A stretch of DNA of 64,000 bases, taken from assembly GCF_963921235.1 (NCBI RefSeq), contig NC_086097.1, positions 126,358,001 through 126,422,000 of the forward strand, read 5' to 3'. Of the stretch, positions 12,201 to 27,200 are shown piece after piece. The DNA is from Mobula hypostoma. Its lineage: Eukaryota. Positions within the stretch are counted from its first letter, which is position 1, and each line of letters begins with the position of its first letter. The position numbers were made by a program, and so were the translations under genes. Under the pieces are notes generated by a model. The model made no database searches, was not told where the DNA came from, and worked only from the letters and a program-made list of their open reading frames with translations.

Positions 12201-15200
12201 TCACTAGGTACAAAGTGTTCACCTACACAAACTTCTATCGTATTGCAGGACGGTGCTGGTAAACCACAGCGACATTCTGTGGCTATGTACAATATTTTTT
12301 AATATACCGCTTTTGAATTACTCTCACTGCTATCTGCAACATGTTATTTTCCTTCAAGTAATGAACTTTTAAATTGACTTAATGAACCACAAATTTCTCG
12401 AACCTCTGAAAGACTCAGTGGTCTTAACTCTCAAGCAAGCAGATATGGCACCTTTAAGTGGATGAAAGTTCATTGCCATGGCCGGAAGTGAGGCAGGGGC
12501 AGGGTGGATCTCCAATCAGGTTGAAACACAGAGGAATGAAACCCGTTCTACCCAGCATCTTGTTAGCAAATATGTAGTCGCTGGAGAACAAAATTGAAGA
12601 CCTTGGGGCAAGATTGGTGATTCGAAGGGAAATGATAAATTGTTGTGTTCTGTGCTTTACCAAGACATGGCTTACATCCGGCATGCCAGATATGATGATT
12701 AGACTCAAAGGCTTCTCAATGCGCAGGATGGACTGAACTGCTGATTTGGAAAAAGTGGAGCTGTGTATTTCATGGTAAACTCTCTTTGGTGCTCCAATGT
12801 TTTGTTGAACTTGTGTTCCCCAAGCTTGAAGACCTAACAGTGAAATGTTATTTACCAAAGGAGTTCTCATCTGTGATCCTGACCGCAGTTTACATACCAC
12901 CAGCAGCTGACTATAATCAATCCCTTAAGATACCATATGATGCTGGCACCAAACAAGAAACAGTCTATCCCAATGCTTTTCATATCATAGTCAGGGGTTT
13001 CAGTCATGCTTGTTTCAAGAAATCCCTGCCCAATTACCATCAACATACGTATAACCTATAGCACCAGAGGTCTCAACAAATTAGACTACTTTTATATGAA
13101 GATAAGGAAAGCCTACCACTCCATGCCCAGAATGTATTTCGGGAAATCTGATCGCTTAGCTGTCCTTCTCCTACCTGAATACAAACAGAGACTAAAGAGC
13201 AAGGCTCCAGAGATTAGGACAACTAAGATGAGGTTGTGGAAGGCAGAGGAGCGGCTAAGGGATTGCTTCAAGTCGGTGGACTGGGCCGTGTTCAAGGACT
13301 CATCTGTCGATCTGAATGAGTACACCATGGTTGTCACGGTCTTTATAAAAACAGTTGTAGATGGGTGTCTTCCCCAACCAGAAATCCTGGATGAACCATG
13401 AGATCCACAATCTGCTGACCAAGAAAGTTACAAGGGGTCCAGGTACAATCTCTGGAAAGCCATCTCATGGATGAAGTGGCAATTCCAGACTAAACTTGAA
13501 TCAATGAAGGATGCTTGACAGTTATGGCAGGGCTTGAATGCTATCATTGCACTGGCTGCCTATCCCCTTTCTCCATCTTGATGGTCACCCCATGTTTTGT
13601 GTTGTGCATCTTGTCTGTAACTACCCCTTTGTATGGCCTCTCTATCAACCGTTCAGTCTCCCAGATGATCCTAAATTCAGCCAGTTCCAGCTTCAACTCC
13701 TTAACATGGTCCATTTGAAGCTACAGCTAGGTACACTTCTTGCAGGTGTAATCATCAGGGACACCGGAGGTTCCCATTCCTTCCCACATTTCGCAAGGGG
13801 AGCATTCCAGTATCCCGTCTAGCATCCCCACTGATCTAAATGTGCAATAAAAAAAAGAGATAATAAATAATGAAAAATATAATCTTACTATGGCCATGCC
13901 TCTCCTCGCCAAAGCCTCAATGAACCAAGGTCTCAACTCCCCACTCCAACACTGGCTCACTCACACAATGACTGCTCTGCTTAAACCTAACATTTTCATT
14001 GGTCCTTGCCAAGTGCCTAATTACGCACAATTCAATGTCTCCTTGGGACTGAAGCGCACAAAGTATGCCGACTGAACCACTCGCTTCTCTTAAACTTTCT
14101 CTCCCTCCAAACAATCCAGTGTCTTCTTGGGACTGTGGCGCGCCTAAATGTTCCCAACCTAAGAAACATTCCAGGCTGCAGCTCTGCTGTTGATTGTTCA
14201 ATTTGCTACTCATTGGTGCACTGTGATGCAGTTGGATGTGTAAAATGTGAAGGGAAAAATTCTTAAATCGCTCATCTGAAGAAACTGACTTCTTAATTCA
14301 TAGTTGAGATAACTGATTTCAGTGTCAACTGGGGGAAGGTCAAAATCCCCAGATTTACCACTCCTGAGCTCCAGTCAGTGCTCCTACGAGAAGTGCATTT
14401 GTGGGTATCATGCAGAATCTGTAGAATGAGATGTACTGCTCCCCTTATTCTGTTATATTACCATTGTTAATGCAGGTAACTTGCTGTTTAAGCAAAGTAC
14501 AAAATTATTTTGTCTTGTTATGTAAACTAAGTATGCTCTGTATATGTGCACTGGAATGAATACAATCAAATTTTATTTAAAAATCAAGCACATTATCTAT
14601 GCTAATCCTAAAACGAAAAAAATACCTTTTGCTAATTTGAAAATGCAGAAGAGTAGTAATCATACTTTAAATTAATTTTCAGCTTTGGAGCCTTCATAGT
14701 ATTGCTGTTAAAATTTTTCTTTATCATCACTTGGACAATCCTCATGACAGTAGTACAATGGGAAAAGAGAAAAGATTACATTCTTCCTCAGGTAAAATAT
14801 CATAAAATCACCAGTTGAAAAATAAAAGCTCTCAACGGTTATTACAAATATTCTTACTGTGTACTGGTCAATTATTCATTGACAATAATAAATACCATAT
14901 AAACAAAAAATCTATATTGATGTGGGAAATAAATTATGAATTGTTATTCCCACAAATTGTTTTGTTTTATTTCTTAGCAGCTGGTGTAGTTGGTGACAGT
15001 AAAGTGTCAAGCATGCAAAAGTAAATAGCACAGACAAAAGCCCAGGCCAGTTTCCCTATGGGGCACAATTTCAAGTGGAAGTACAATTAAGGTGGTCTAA
15101 CCCAGGTTAAATTAGAATTGGTTTATTAGTGTCTCATGTACCAAGGTACAGTGAAAAGTTCGTCTTGCATACTTGTCATACAAATCAATTCATTACACAG

Positions 15201-18200
15201 TGCATCTAGCTACAAGGTCAAGCAGTAACAAGATGCAGAATAAACTGTAACAGCTACAGAGAAGGTGCAGTGCAGATAGACCTGATCAGAAAAAGGTAGA
15301 TTATGCAGTCATTTATCATGTTAGAGAGCCATTTATTAGTCTTATAACAGAATGGTAGAAGCCGTCTTTGAGCCTATTTCAGGCTTTTGTATCTTCTGTC
15401 CAATGGCGGAAGGAATAAAGGAGAATGTGTGAGTTGGGTTGGGTGTTTGATTATTGCTGATATACTGAGGGAGGAAGATGTATGGACAGAGCCCATGGAG
15501 AGGAGGCAAGTTTCGTGATACACTGAGCTGTATCCACAACTCTATGCAGTTTCTTGCAGTCACAGGCAGAGTAGTTACCATACCAAGCTGATATGCATCC
15601 ATAGAAACATAGAAAACCTACTGCACAATACAGGCCTTTCAGCCCGCAATGCTGTGCTGAACATGTACATGCTCTAGAAATTACCGAGGGTTACCCATAG
15701 ACCCTCTATTTTTCTGAGCTCCATTTAACTAACCAGGAGTCTCTTAAAAGATGCTATTATATCTGCCTCCACCACCACAGTTGCTGACAGCTCATTCCAC
15801 GCACTCACCACTCTCTGCGTAAAAAACTTACCCCCGACGTCTCCTCTGTACCTACTTCCAATAACCTTAAAACTGTGCCCTCTTGTGTTAGCAGTTCCAG
15901 CCCTGGGAAAAAGCCTCTGACTATCCACACGATCAATGCCTGTCATCATCTTATACACCTCTATCAGGTCATCTCTCATCCTACGCCGCTCCAAGGAGAA
16001 AAGGTTGAGTTCACTCAACCTATTCTCATAAGGCATGCTCCCCAATCCAGGCAACATTCTTGTAAATCTCCTCTGCACACTTTCTATAGTTTCCACATCC
16101 TTCCTATAGTGACATGACCAGAACTGAGCACAGTACTCCAAGTGGGATCTGACCATGGTCCTATACAGCTGCAACATTACCTCTCGGCTCTTAAACTCGA
16201 TCCCACGATTGATGAAGGCCAATATGCTTTCTTAAACACAGATATGGACTTGGACCCCAAGATCCTTCTGATCCTCCACACTGCCAAGAGTCTTACCATT
16301 AATACTATATTCTGTCATCATATTTGACCTATCAAAATGAACTACCTCACACTTATCTGGGCTGAACTCCATCTGCCACTTCTCAGCCCAGTTTTGCATC
16401 CTATAAATATCCCGCTTAACCTCTGACAGCCTTCCGCACTATCCACAACACACCCAACCTTTGTGTCATCAGCAAATTTACTAACCCATCTCTCCACTTC
16501 CTCATCCAGGTCATTTATAAAAATCACGAAGAGTAGGGGTCCCAGAACAGATCCCTGAGGCACACCACTGGTAGCTGACCTCCATGCAGAATATAACCCG
16601 TCTACAACCACTCTTTGCCTTCTGTGGGAAAGCCAGTTCTGGATCCACAAAGTAATTTCCCCTTGGACCCCATGCCTCCTTACTTTCTCAACAAGCCTTG
16701 AATGGGGTACCTTGTCAAATGCCTTGCTGAAATCCATATACGCTACATCTACTGCTCTACCTTCATCAATGTGTTTAGTTACATCCTCAAAAAATTCAAC
16801 CAGGTTCGTAAGGCACAACCTGCCTTTCACAAAGCCATGCTGATTATTCCTAATTATTTTTTTGCCTCTCCAAATGTTCATAAATCCCGCTTCTCAGGAT
16901 CTTCTCCATCAACTTACTAACCACTGAGGTAAGACTCACTGGTCTATAATTTCCTGGGCTATCTCTACTCCCTTTTTTGAATAATGGAACAACATCCGCA
17001 ACCCTCCAATCCTCATTAACTTCTCCCGTTCCCATTGATGATTCAAAGATCATCGTCAGAGGCTCAGCAATCTCCTCCTTCGCCTCCCACAGTAGCCTGG
17101 GGTACATCTCATCCGGTCCCGGTGACTTATCCAACTTGATGCTTTCCAAAGGCTCCAGCACATCCTCTTTCTTAATATCTACATGTTCAAGCTTTTCAGT
17201 CCACTGTAAGTCATCCCTACAATCACCAAGATCCTTTTCTGTAGTGAAATCTGAAGCAAAGTACTCATTAAGTACCTCTGCTATCTCCTCCAGTTCCATA
17301 CACACTTTTCCACTGTCACACTTGTTTGGATATTATTATACCTTTCCAGAATCTGTCTCCTTATCTGCTCCTCGATGTCCCTGTTACTATTGGGTGGTCT
17401 ATAAAAAACACCCATTAGAGTTATTGACCCTTTCCTGTTCCTAACTTCCACCCACAGAGACTCCATAGAAAATCCCTCTATGACTTCCTCCTTTTCTGCT
17501 GCAGTGACACTATCTCTTATCAACAGTTCCATGCCCCCACCTCTTTTGCTTCCCTCCCTGTCCTTTCTGAAACATCTAAAGCCTGGCACTCAGAGTAACC
17601 ATTCCTGCCCCTGAGCCATCCAAGTCTCTGTAATGGCCACAACATCATTGCTCCAAGTACTGATCCACGCTGTAAGCTCATCCGCTTTGTTTATAATACT
17701 CCTTGCATTAAAATAGACACGTCTCAAACCATCGGTCTGAGCGCATCCCTTCTCTATCACCTACCTATCCTCCCTTTCGCACTGTCTCCAAGCTTTCTCT
17801 ATTTGTGAGCCAACCACCTCTTCCTCCGTCTCTTCAGTTTGGTTCCCACCCCCCAGCAATCCTAGTTTAAACTCTCTCCAAAAGCCATAACAAACCTCCC
17901 CACCAGGATATTGGTCCCCCTGGGATTCAAGTGCAACCCGTCCTTTTTGTACAGGTCACTCCTGCCCCAAAAGAGGTCCCAGTGATCCAGAAATCTGAAT
18001 CCCTGCCCCCTGCTCCAATCCCTCAGCCATGCATTTATCCTCCACCTCACTCTGTTCCTATACTTACTGTCATGTGGCACAGGCAGTAATCCTGAGATAA
18101 CTACCTTTGTTGTCCTGCTCCTCAACTTCCTTCCTAAATCCCTGTAGTCTGCTTTCAGGACCTCCTCCCTTTTCCTGGCTATGTCGTTGGTACCAATATG

Positions 18201-21200
18201 TACCACAACCTCTGGCTGTTCTTCTTCCCACTTCAGGATATTGTGGTCACGATCAGAAACATCCCAGACCCTGGCACCTGGGAGGCAAAGTACCATCTTC
18301 TTTCCTGCGTCCACAGAGTTGCCTGTCTGACCCCCTAACGTAGAGTCCCGTATCACTGCTGCCATCCTCTTCCTTTCCCAACCCTTCTGAGCCACAGGGC
18401 CAGACTCTGTGCCAGAGGCGCAATCACTGTTGCTTCCCCCAGGTAGGCTATCCTCCCCCAACAGTACTCAAGCAGGAGTACTTATTGTCAAGGGGTACAG
18501 CCACAGGGGTGCTCTCTAGAGTCTGACTCCTGCCCTTCCCTCTCCTGACTGTTAGCCACTTACCTGTGACTACCCGCTTAGAGCTCCTCTCTATCACCTC
18601 CTCACTTTCCCTGACCCAACGATGGTCATCGAGCTGCATCTCCAGTTCCCTAAGGAACTGCAGCTCGATGCACCTGGCGCAGATGTGACCGTCCAGGAGG
18701 CTGGGAGTCTCCAGGGCTTCCCACATCTGACACCGAGCACAGAACACCGGCCTCACACACATTCTTCCTGTCTGTATTCTACACAAGCAACCTACCTGGC
18801 TTTGACCCATTATCGCTGAAGTCCTGTTGAGCCAAAGCCTTTCTACTCCATTGCTCGGTCTATAAGGTGTCTCCTTTTAAACTCTTCTTGCTGTTCTCAC
18901 TGGCTGACATCCACACGCTTGCACAGTCATGCCCCGATCAAACCACTGAAGAAATAATAGATGAGATACTTTCCATGGTTCATCAATAAAAGTTGGTAAA
19001 GTTTGATGGAGACATGCCAATGTCTTTAGCTTCCTGAAGAAGCTGAGGCATTCATGAGCTTTCTTGGTGATGGCGCCTGTATGGTTGGAAAAGGATATAT
19101 TTTTGGCGATGTCCACCGCTAGGAACTTTAAACTCCCAACATCAGTACCATTGGTGTAAACAAGAACCTTCCTGAAGTCAATGACCAGCTGTTTTCTTTT
19201 ACTGACATTGAAGAAAAGGAAATTGTCATGATACCATGTTACTGAGCTCTCTATCCACTTCAGGTACTCTAACTCACCATTGTTTGAAATGTGGTCCACT
19301 GCAGTGGTATCCTCTGCAAACTTGTACATGAAGTTAGAGAAGAACCTGGCCACACAGTCATGACTGCACATGAACTAGACTATAGGGCTGAGGATACAAC
19401 CTTGTGGAGCACCATTTCTTTTTGGTTTCCACATGTAATATGAGAACAACTGGAACCACTTTTCTGATTTTTTTCCTTACTCACGTTAATTTCAGTATAA
19501 CACTTTAAGGAATGGTCTAGATGTTGACCTCACTAGTGACACTCACACCTTAGAAGTAAATTATAAAAGACCCAATGATTAGTTGACATGCACTCCCCAA
19601 CCAGAGACCTATTCCTATTCATCTTTTAAAACATTGCATATTGTGAAATGTTCACTAAATCTCCAAAGTCTATAGTGGCCAATTATTCTTCAATCTGCAT
19701 GCAGGAAAAAAGTAGAGCACTTGGATGGAACATGGTGGAGAATAGGAATTTCCCCATAGACATCTCCAGAGGCCAAGAATGAACCCAGACTGCTGAAGAT
19801 GAGAGAGAACTCAATAAGCCATATCATTGTGATATTACATAACTCTTAAAAAATCATTCTTAATGCAAGTTTTTGGGATAGAGTGGCCAAGCGTTTTGAT
19901 AAACAATTAAATTTAATCGTTATTTTCTATTTGGGTTTCAGGATTGGTGGAGGCTTGTATTCAGTTTTGGGTGTATTTCTCAACTTCTCTTGTTTGTTGG
20001 AGTTGAAATGTCAAATTTCATTAAGGCTAAAAGGAGATTAAAATGGTGGAAAAAGAATGAAAAACAGAAAATTCTTCAAGACCAAGAATTTTGTCATCCA
20101 CGTTGGCCTTCGGTAATTATTATTTTACTTTATTTGACTACAGTTAAATTTAATAATATTTCATTAGTGTTAGCTTTATCAATAACTGTATTATATATGA
20201 AGGTACTTTCTTTTAATTGTCTCCAAAATTTCTCACTTTTCTGTTCGGAAATCACTGTGCCTCATTCTTGCATCCAAAGACTGTAAAAGTTAAATCATAT
20301 ACCTAGTTTTGAAAGCTCTTGTGTTCAACCACTTGTTGGAATGACGTTTATATTTAAAAACGTAATGCAATACATACAAACCTTATTTCTGAGTTGAAAA
20401 GTGAAATATGATCTCATTATTGCCAGTGAAGAGATAACAAGCAAATTTGTCACTGTGCCTCAATGGAGTAAAATAGATAATTCTGGACACCATCTAGGCA
20501 CATCAACAGAGACATAAGAGCTCCTTACACCATGATGAACTCCAATCATAGCAGCTGAGTGCTGTTGCAGCAAAAATGACGCAAATATCAAAATCACTGT
20601 ACAGTTGAATTTTGTAGGTCCGTGTTGAGGGAGACAGTTGGTTGAACCACTGCACTTGTAAAGTCCATAACTCTAGGGGTGCTAGGCCTCCTACATCTTG
20701 CTGTTCCAGACTAAATAAAAAAGGATTACAAGTGATCTTTTAACTATTTTCCCTTGGATCCTAACCTCTGTGAGGGTGTGGAGAGTATTGGAGATGAATG
20801 GTGGAAGAAAGGTATGTGTTTAATTGCAACAATGTATGTGTGCTTTACCATTTCTGTGTATCTGCATGTGTTGTGTATGTGTTTAGCTTTCTGTTTAAAT
20901 GTCTTAAAAGAAAACGGTAACTGGACTGAAAAAAGTTTTATGAGAATGTTGCCAGGTCTAGAAGTTCAAACATCAGTAAAGATCAGATAGGCTAGGGCTA
21001 TCCGGAGGAGAGGAGGCTGCAAGGAAATATATTTTAAGGCATTTAAATTTGTGAGAGGTATAGTTGAAATAAATGGAAGATATATCATCAATAGCAGAAG
21101 GGCCAAAAACTGGAAGTATAAATTTAAAGTTAAGATTAGAAAGAAAATGAGGTAGAATGTTCTCACTCAGAGAATGTTAGGCATCTGGAGAACAATCAGA

Positions 21201-24200
21201 AAGGGTGATAAAAGCAGAAACCTTCATTTCATTTAAGAAATATTTGAAGACCTGTGTCTTGCAGGATAATGGATCTACTTGCTGAAAGGTGGGCTAAGGT
21301 TGAGTAGTACTTTTTCCAACTAGCATGTAGGATGAATGGCCCCATTGTATGTCATAAATATGTTAGGATACTGTGAGTCTGTGAAAAAACAATCTTTGTA
21401 CTTGCAGCTCACCTTGTCATTTTCTATGAGATCATGAAAATTCTTGTATTAATTCTATGTGTTCTATCAGAGGCATAGATAGGGTAGATAGTCAGAGTTC
21501 CTTTCTTACAGTAGAAATGTTAAATACTAGAGGGCATGGCTTTCTGGTAAAAGGGAAAGTTTAAGGGATATGTCCAAGTTAAGTTTTTTTTACATGCAGA
21601 GTGGTAGGTGCCCATAATGTATCACCGGGGTGGTGATGGAAGGACACATGATTGTGGCATTTAAAAGGAATTAAAACAAACATACGAAAATGGAGGGAAT
21701 GGAGGGAATGGAAGGGGATGGATCCTGTGCAGGCAGATAGGCTTAGGTTCTCTTGACATCATGGTTGGTACAGACATTGTGGGTCAAAGTGCCTGTGCCT
21801 GTGCTATGCTGTTCCGTGTATTATTGTCCATTGTGTTGGTATTCATGTTCTTGGAGGAGACAAGTCCTGCCACTTCCATTCAGTCCCTTCTCTGTGGCAT
21901 ACAGTGTATCTCATTGGCCAGTACTGCTAAATCCCCTTGTAAATATGGAAGCTTTCCCTTTTTTTTCCGTGACCTTTTCCCCTCCATATCATTGAATCTC
22001 AGAATCGTTTACTGCATACGTACTTTGATAATAAGTGAACCTTTGATTCCAACCTCAATGTTTGTGTCTACTATCTGGCCACCATGAGAATGTGCCTTTT
22101 AAAGACTGATGCCCTTCTGCCATAGCACAAAAGCAAAGAATGAGCAGTTGTGCTGAGATGAATATTGTCCCATCGGAAACAATGCTGGTTATGTTTACTG
22201 CTTTACTTTGAGTGCAATATAATTCTGTTTCAAATATGCCTTTGACCAGATTTTTTGAGTGGGGCATGGTTTGGCATTTGTGCTCAACCCAATGATGTTA
22301 TGTCAGCAGAAATAGAAGTTGAATTTCTATTCAAAAATTCTTCCCAGTTTATGCCCAAAGTATTTTTTTGCCTATCATTACCTGATCCAAGCATGCCCAC
22401 ATTAAAATCAATACATAAATGTTGTGAGTATTATAAGGAACAAACTTAGTGTGACTATTCCTTTGAGAATTGTGACATACTCTGGCTATCCACACAATCA
22501 ATGTCCGTCATCATCTTATACACCTCTAACAGGTCACCTCTCGTCCTCTGTCACTCCAAGCAGAAAACGCCAAATTCACTCAACCTATTCTTAAAGGCAT
22601 ACTCTCCAATCCAGGCAACATCCTTGTAAATCTCCTCTGGACTCTTTCTATAGGATCCACATCCTTTCTGTGCTGAACAAAGTATTCTGTGGGGTCTGTA
22701 CAAGGTCTTATATAGGTGTAACATTACCTCACGACTCTTGAACTCACTCCCACAGTTGATGAATGCCAACACACCATATGCCTTCTTAACAACACTGTCA
22801 ACCCGTGCAGCAGCTTTGAGTGTCCTAAAATGAACCACTTCACACTTATCTGGGTTGAACCCCATCTGCCACTTCTCAGCCCAGTTCTGCATCCTATCGA
22901 TGTCCCATTGTAACAGCTGAAAACTCTCCAGGCTATCCACAACACCCTCAACCTTCGTGTCATCAGTAAACTTATGAATCCACCCTTCTACTTCTTCATC
23001 CAGGTCATTTATAAGAATCATAAAGAGGAGGGATCCCAGAACAGATCCCTGTGGAACACCACTGGTCACCGACCTCCATGATGAATACAAACCATCTACA
23101 ACCACCCTTTGCCTTCTGTGGGCAAGCCAATTCTCGATTCACACAGCAACGCCTCCTTGGATCCTTTGCCTCCATACTTTCTGAATGAGCTTTGCATGGG
23201 GAACCTTATCAAATGCCTTACTGAAATCCATATACACTACATCTACTGGTCTACCTTCATCAGTGTATTTTGTTACGTCCTCAAAGAATTCAATCAGGCT
23301 CATAAGGCACAACCTGCACTTGACAAAGTCATGCTAACTATCCTTAATCAGATTATGTCTCTCCAAACACACATAAATCCTGCCTCTCCGGACCTTCTCC
23401 AACAACTTGCCCACCACTGAAGTATGATTCACTGGTCTATAATTTCCTGGGTTATCGCTACTCCTAGGGGTCTACTGGGTTACTTTACTTGGGACACTCT
23501 AGTCCATGAAGAGTGTATGTGACCTGTTCACCAACGTCACTTCCGTTTCCGGGTGTACCATCTGCATTGTGCACTGGGAACTGAAGTTCTTTATTATGTA
23601 CACATATAATAACAATCTTCCCCCTTTAAAGAAAACAAACACAGTAGTATGTCCTCATAAACCTACAAAACACATAAACCTACAATAATGCTTTTGCTTT
23701 TCAACAAGATATTTACTTTAACTTCAATTGTGATAAGCAAATACAGTCCCTTATTCACTCAACAATTCTCATTTAGTCTCTGAGGCAGTTTAATGATCCC
23801 CTTTTGGTCTGCTGTATGTTTCCACAGGTGTATTACTTGTATTTGCTGCATTAATGTTAGTGTATTTCTGAGAATTCTGATCAACAAGTTTATTTTTCAC
23901 ATCTGCTGGTCCCACTAGTGTACTGACAGGTGATGTGTCACAGCTATGGGTTGGAGCTTGTGATTGTAGATTCACACAGTTCCTTGTCAGAGGAGTTCCT
24001 CACTCCATCTGGATCTGGTAGGAATGTGGTGCAGCTTCCTCTCGCTCATATTCTTGCATGAACCATGAGTCAGAATCGTGATCGTGGATTCGTACTTGAT
24101 CTCCAGGCTTCAGGACTAGTAGGTTTTTTTGCAGTTTTGTCACGATACAGTTTCTGTTTCTCCTTCCCTTTTACTTTAGCCAGTTTGATCTTGAGTGCTC

Positions 24201-27200
24201 CTTTAGGTGTCAATAGGTTTGCTTGCACTGGAAGGTTAGCGTGTCTGCGTTGACTCATCAGCATTTGGGCTGGTGAAAGGCCATCCTGCAGAGGTGAACT
24301 TCTGTAAATCATCAGAGTTTTGTGAAAATCCATCATCCATCTTGCGCTTTCTTCATGAGACCCTTCACTACCTTGACCGAACTACCTGCTGGGCCATTAG
24401 ATTTTGGGTGATGTGGGCTTGAAGTTACATGTTGAAGCTCCCAATCATTGGCAAAGGACTTAAATTCATCGTTCAACAATTGTGGATCATTGTCTGATAC
24501 CACTTCACATGGAATTCCATGCCTTGTAAACATAGCTTTCAGGAAGGTGATGACCACTTTGCTGGATGTTGATTGCAGTGTTCCATCCTCTTGGTAATTG
24601 GAAATGTAGTCTGTTACACATATTCTCCACCTTTTCTAGTGTCAGATCTTCTACTTGGAGTAGACTTTCTCTAAGTTTGTTGCCAGGGATTCCGCAGACT
24701 ATTCTGTCTTTAACTGCCAAGTCTCTCAAATTTCCAAACTCACTCAGTGTGTGAAGCTCAGCTAAGTATTGGCCAAAGCTAACACTTCTATTCACAGGAA
24801 AAGTATTTATATCTTTCAAACGTGATGTTTCTACATGGGACAAAATACTCCTCAAATTTTGTCATCAGTATGTCCAATGTAAAGGCTGTCTCATCAACTT
24901 GAAAGCTGTTGTAGATGTCCAAAACACCTTTGCCAATTATGTGTAGAAAGATTAAGAAATCAGAGTGAGAGTTCCAGTCGATCGTGAAATCTGAGAATGG
25001 GAAAAGATTCCACAAACTGTGGAAAAGACATTTGGCCAAAGAAATGGCCACAGGCAAAGGCAGTGGAACAGAAATTAATGTCATAATGGGCTTAGGATTC
25101 ATTAAAATGGAAACATAGGGAGAAGAAGCAAGGGTTTTTACTACGGGCAGATTGCTTGGGATCAGAGTGAGGAAGTTCAGAAGGACAAGTCAAAATCTGC
25201 CTGGTTGCAGAACAGGATGTGTGGCAGAGTGCACTTAGAGGAAAACAAAAGGGGAGTATTGGAATGTATATGCTGTTGAAAGTTTTGGTCTCTGAAAGGA
25301 AGGATAAAAATCTCATGTGCCAGCAACATATATGACACAAATTTCAAGCATCAGCTGTTCTTTTGATGTTTAAACCTTGAACTACAATGGGCAATTTCAT
25401 CAGAAGCACTGGAAGGAAGATCTATCGCTGATGCTCAACCTTTACTTCCTGAAGGAGAGGCTAGGCAATACAACAACCAGGTGACAGTATTACAAGACTC
25501 ATAAACTCAAAGATATTATCTGTAAGTAACAATAACTTGTAAAGTTTAGCTTCAATGAAAGTTGTCACATATTCCACAATAAAAACAAATCTGACAGCTT
25601 GACGTAGGGTCCTGACGAAGGATCTCGGCCCGAAATGTCGACTGTACCTCTTCCTAGAGATGCTGCCTGGCCTGCTGTGTTCACCAGCAACTTTGATGTG
25701 TGTTGCTTGAATTTTCAGCATCTGCAGAATTCTTGTTGTTTGCGTCTGAAAGCTTGTGGTGTGTTTGCTTTTATTCATTGGATCAGATCTCCAAAGGATG
25801 CAACAAAATAGCTTTCTCAGACCTGTATGTATGTCAATAGATATAAACATTGGAGGAAAGGAAAGTTAAGGTAAATTTCAACCTCAGTACTTTAGACAAG
25901 CACAGAGCATGTTGTGCTGAAGCTATTAACATGATACACTGGGGTGTTTTCTGGAGTTAAGTTATATAGCAAAATATTAACTTCAGCAAACAATCTTTAG
26001 ACCTGAATGTGGATTGTAGATTAAATTTAAAATGTGGTTCTAGACAATAGTTTACCGGAGCTGTGAATGACAGCCCATTGAAAACCAGACAATACTGATT
26101 AACGTTTATTTTGGGTTTCTGGAGTGTGGGTGTGAAGAAGGAATTGTGAAAACTATATGTAATTCAAAGGCAGCATTGTAGATACATTGTAACTATAGAA
26201 TTGTTCTTAGATCTTTAGTATAAAAATGTCATGTAATATTAGGTCAAGCAAGCCTCTTCCTCTGAAAGGGTTTCAATTTCGCGCCTGCTGGTCATTTTTG
26301 TTGAATAAACACTTCTATATTCACTAACTTCAATGTCTCTCTGGCAAATATATGGCTGTCAAATGAGCTGTTGGTTCCAAATTAGCAAGTCTGACATATG
26401 AATATGCAATCAAACCAATTCCCTACAGTACCAATACTTATCTTTGGGATAAAGTTAATGGTTGTCTATACTGTATGGCACATATTGAGGGATTTATTCT
26501 GTTATTTGACGCTACAAATCCAACAAATAGATATAAGTTTATTAGAATTTGATACTTTTAAGTGCAAGCATTTTGGCTTGGAGATAATTTGTAAATTTTA
26601 TCAGGCAAATAGGCTTTATTTATTTGAATTCCTCAGCATTTTGTTTTAAAAATCTTTAGTAACAGCCATGGGTTTCTGTGACTAAGAAAGTATAATTAAC
26701 TGATGAAAACTAATGACTTATGATTAATTAAAATCAGCAGAATTAACCTGCATATAAATAATGATTTCCATTCTAATATCAGGAAGAAAAGTTTTTAAAG
26801 AAAGAACTGAATAATTTAGCAGCAACAAAATTGTATACACTGGATTTCTGGTGAGTTTGATCACCATCAGTATGCTTTGTTAAAATTTAATACCAATGAA
26901 ATCATATTGAGAGGCTTCTCACTGACTGGACAAAATAGAGAGCTATGTGCAAAAAGAAGGATTAGATTGATCTTGGAGTATGTTAAAGGGTTGGTGCAAC
27001 ATCATGAGCCAAAGGGCCTGTACTGTGCTGCACTCTTCTATGTTCAGTGTTTTATAGCTCATAGATCAGAGTTTCCTACTGGATCAATTTCAGAGGGCAC
27101 CACTTATGCCTATGTTGTTAAAAGCACGTTCAGGTTTTGTGGTAAACCATATATATGTTGTAACTGGGTTACCTGTCTGGACACGCCCCTCTGCTGACTG

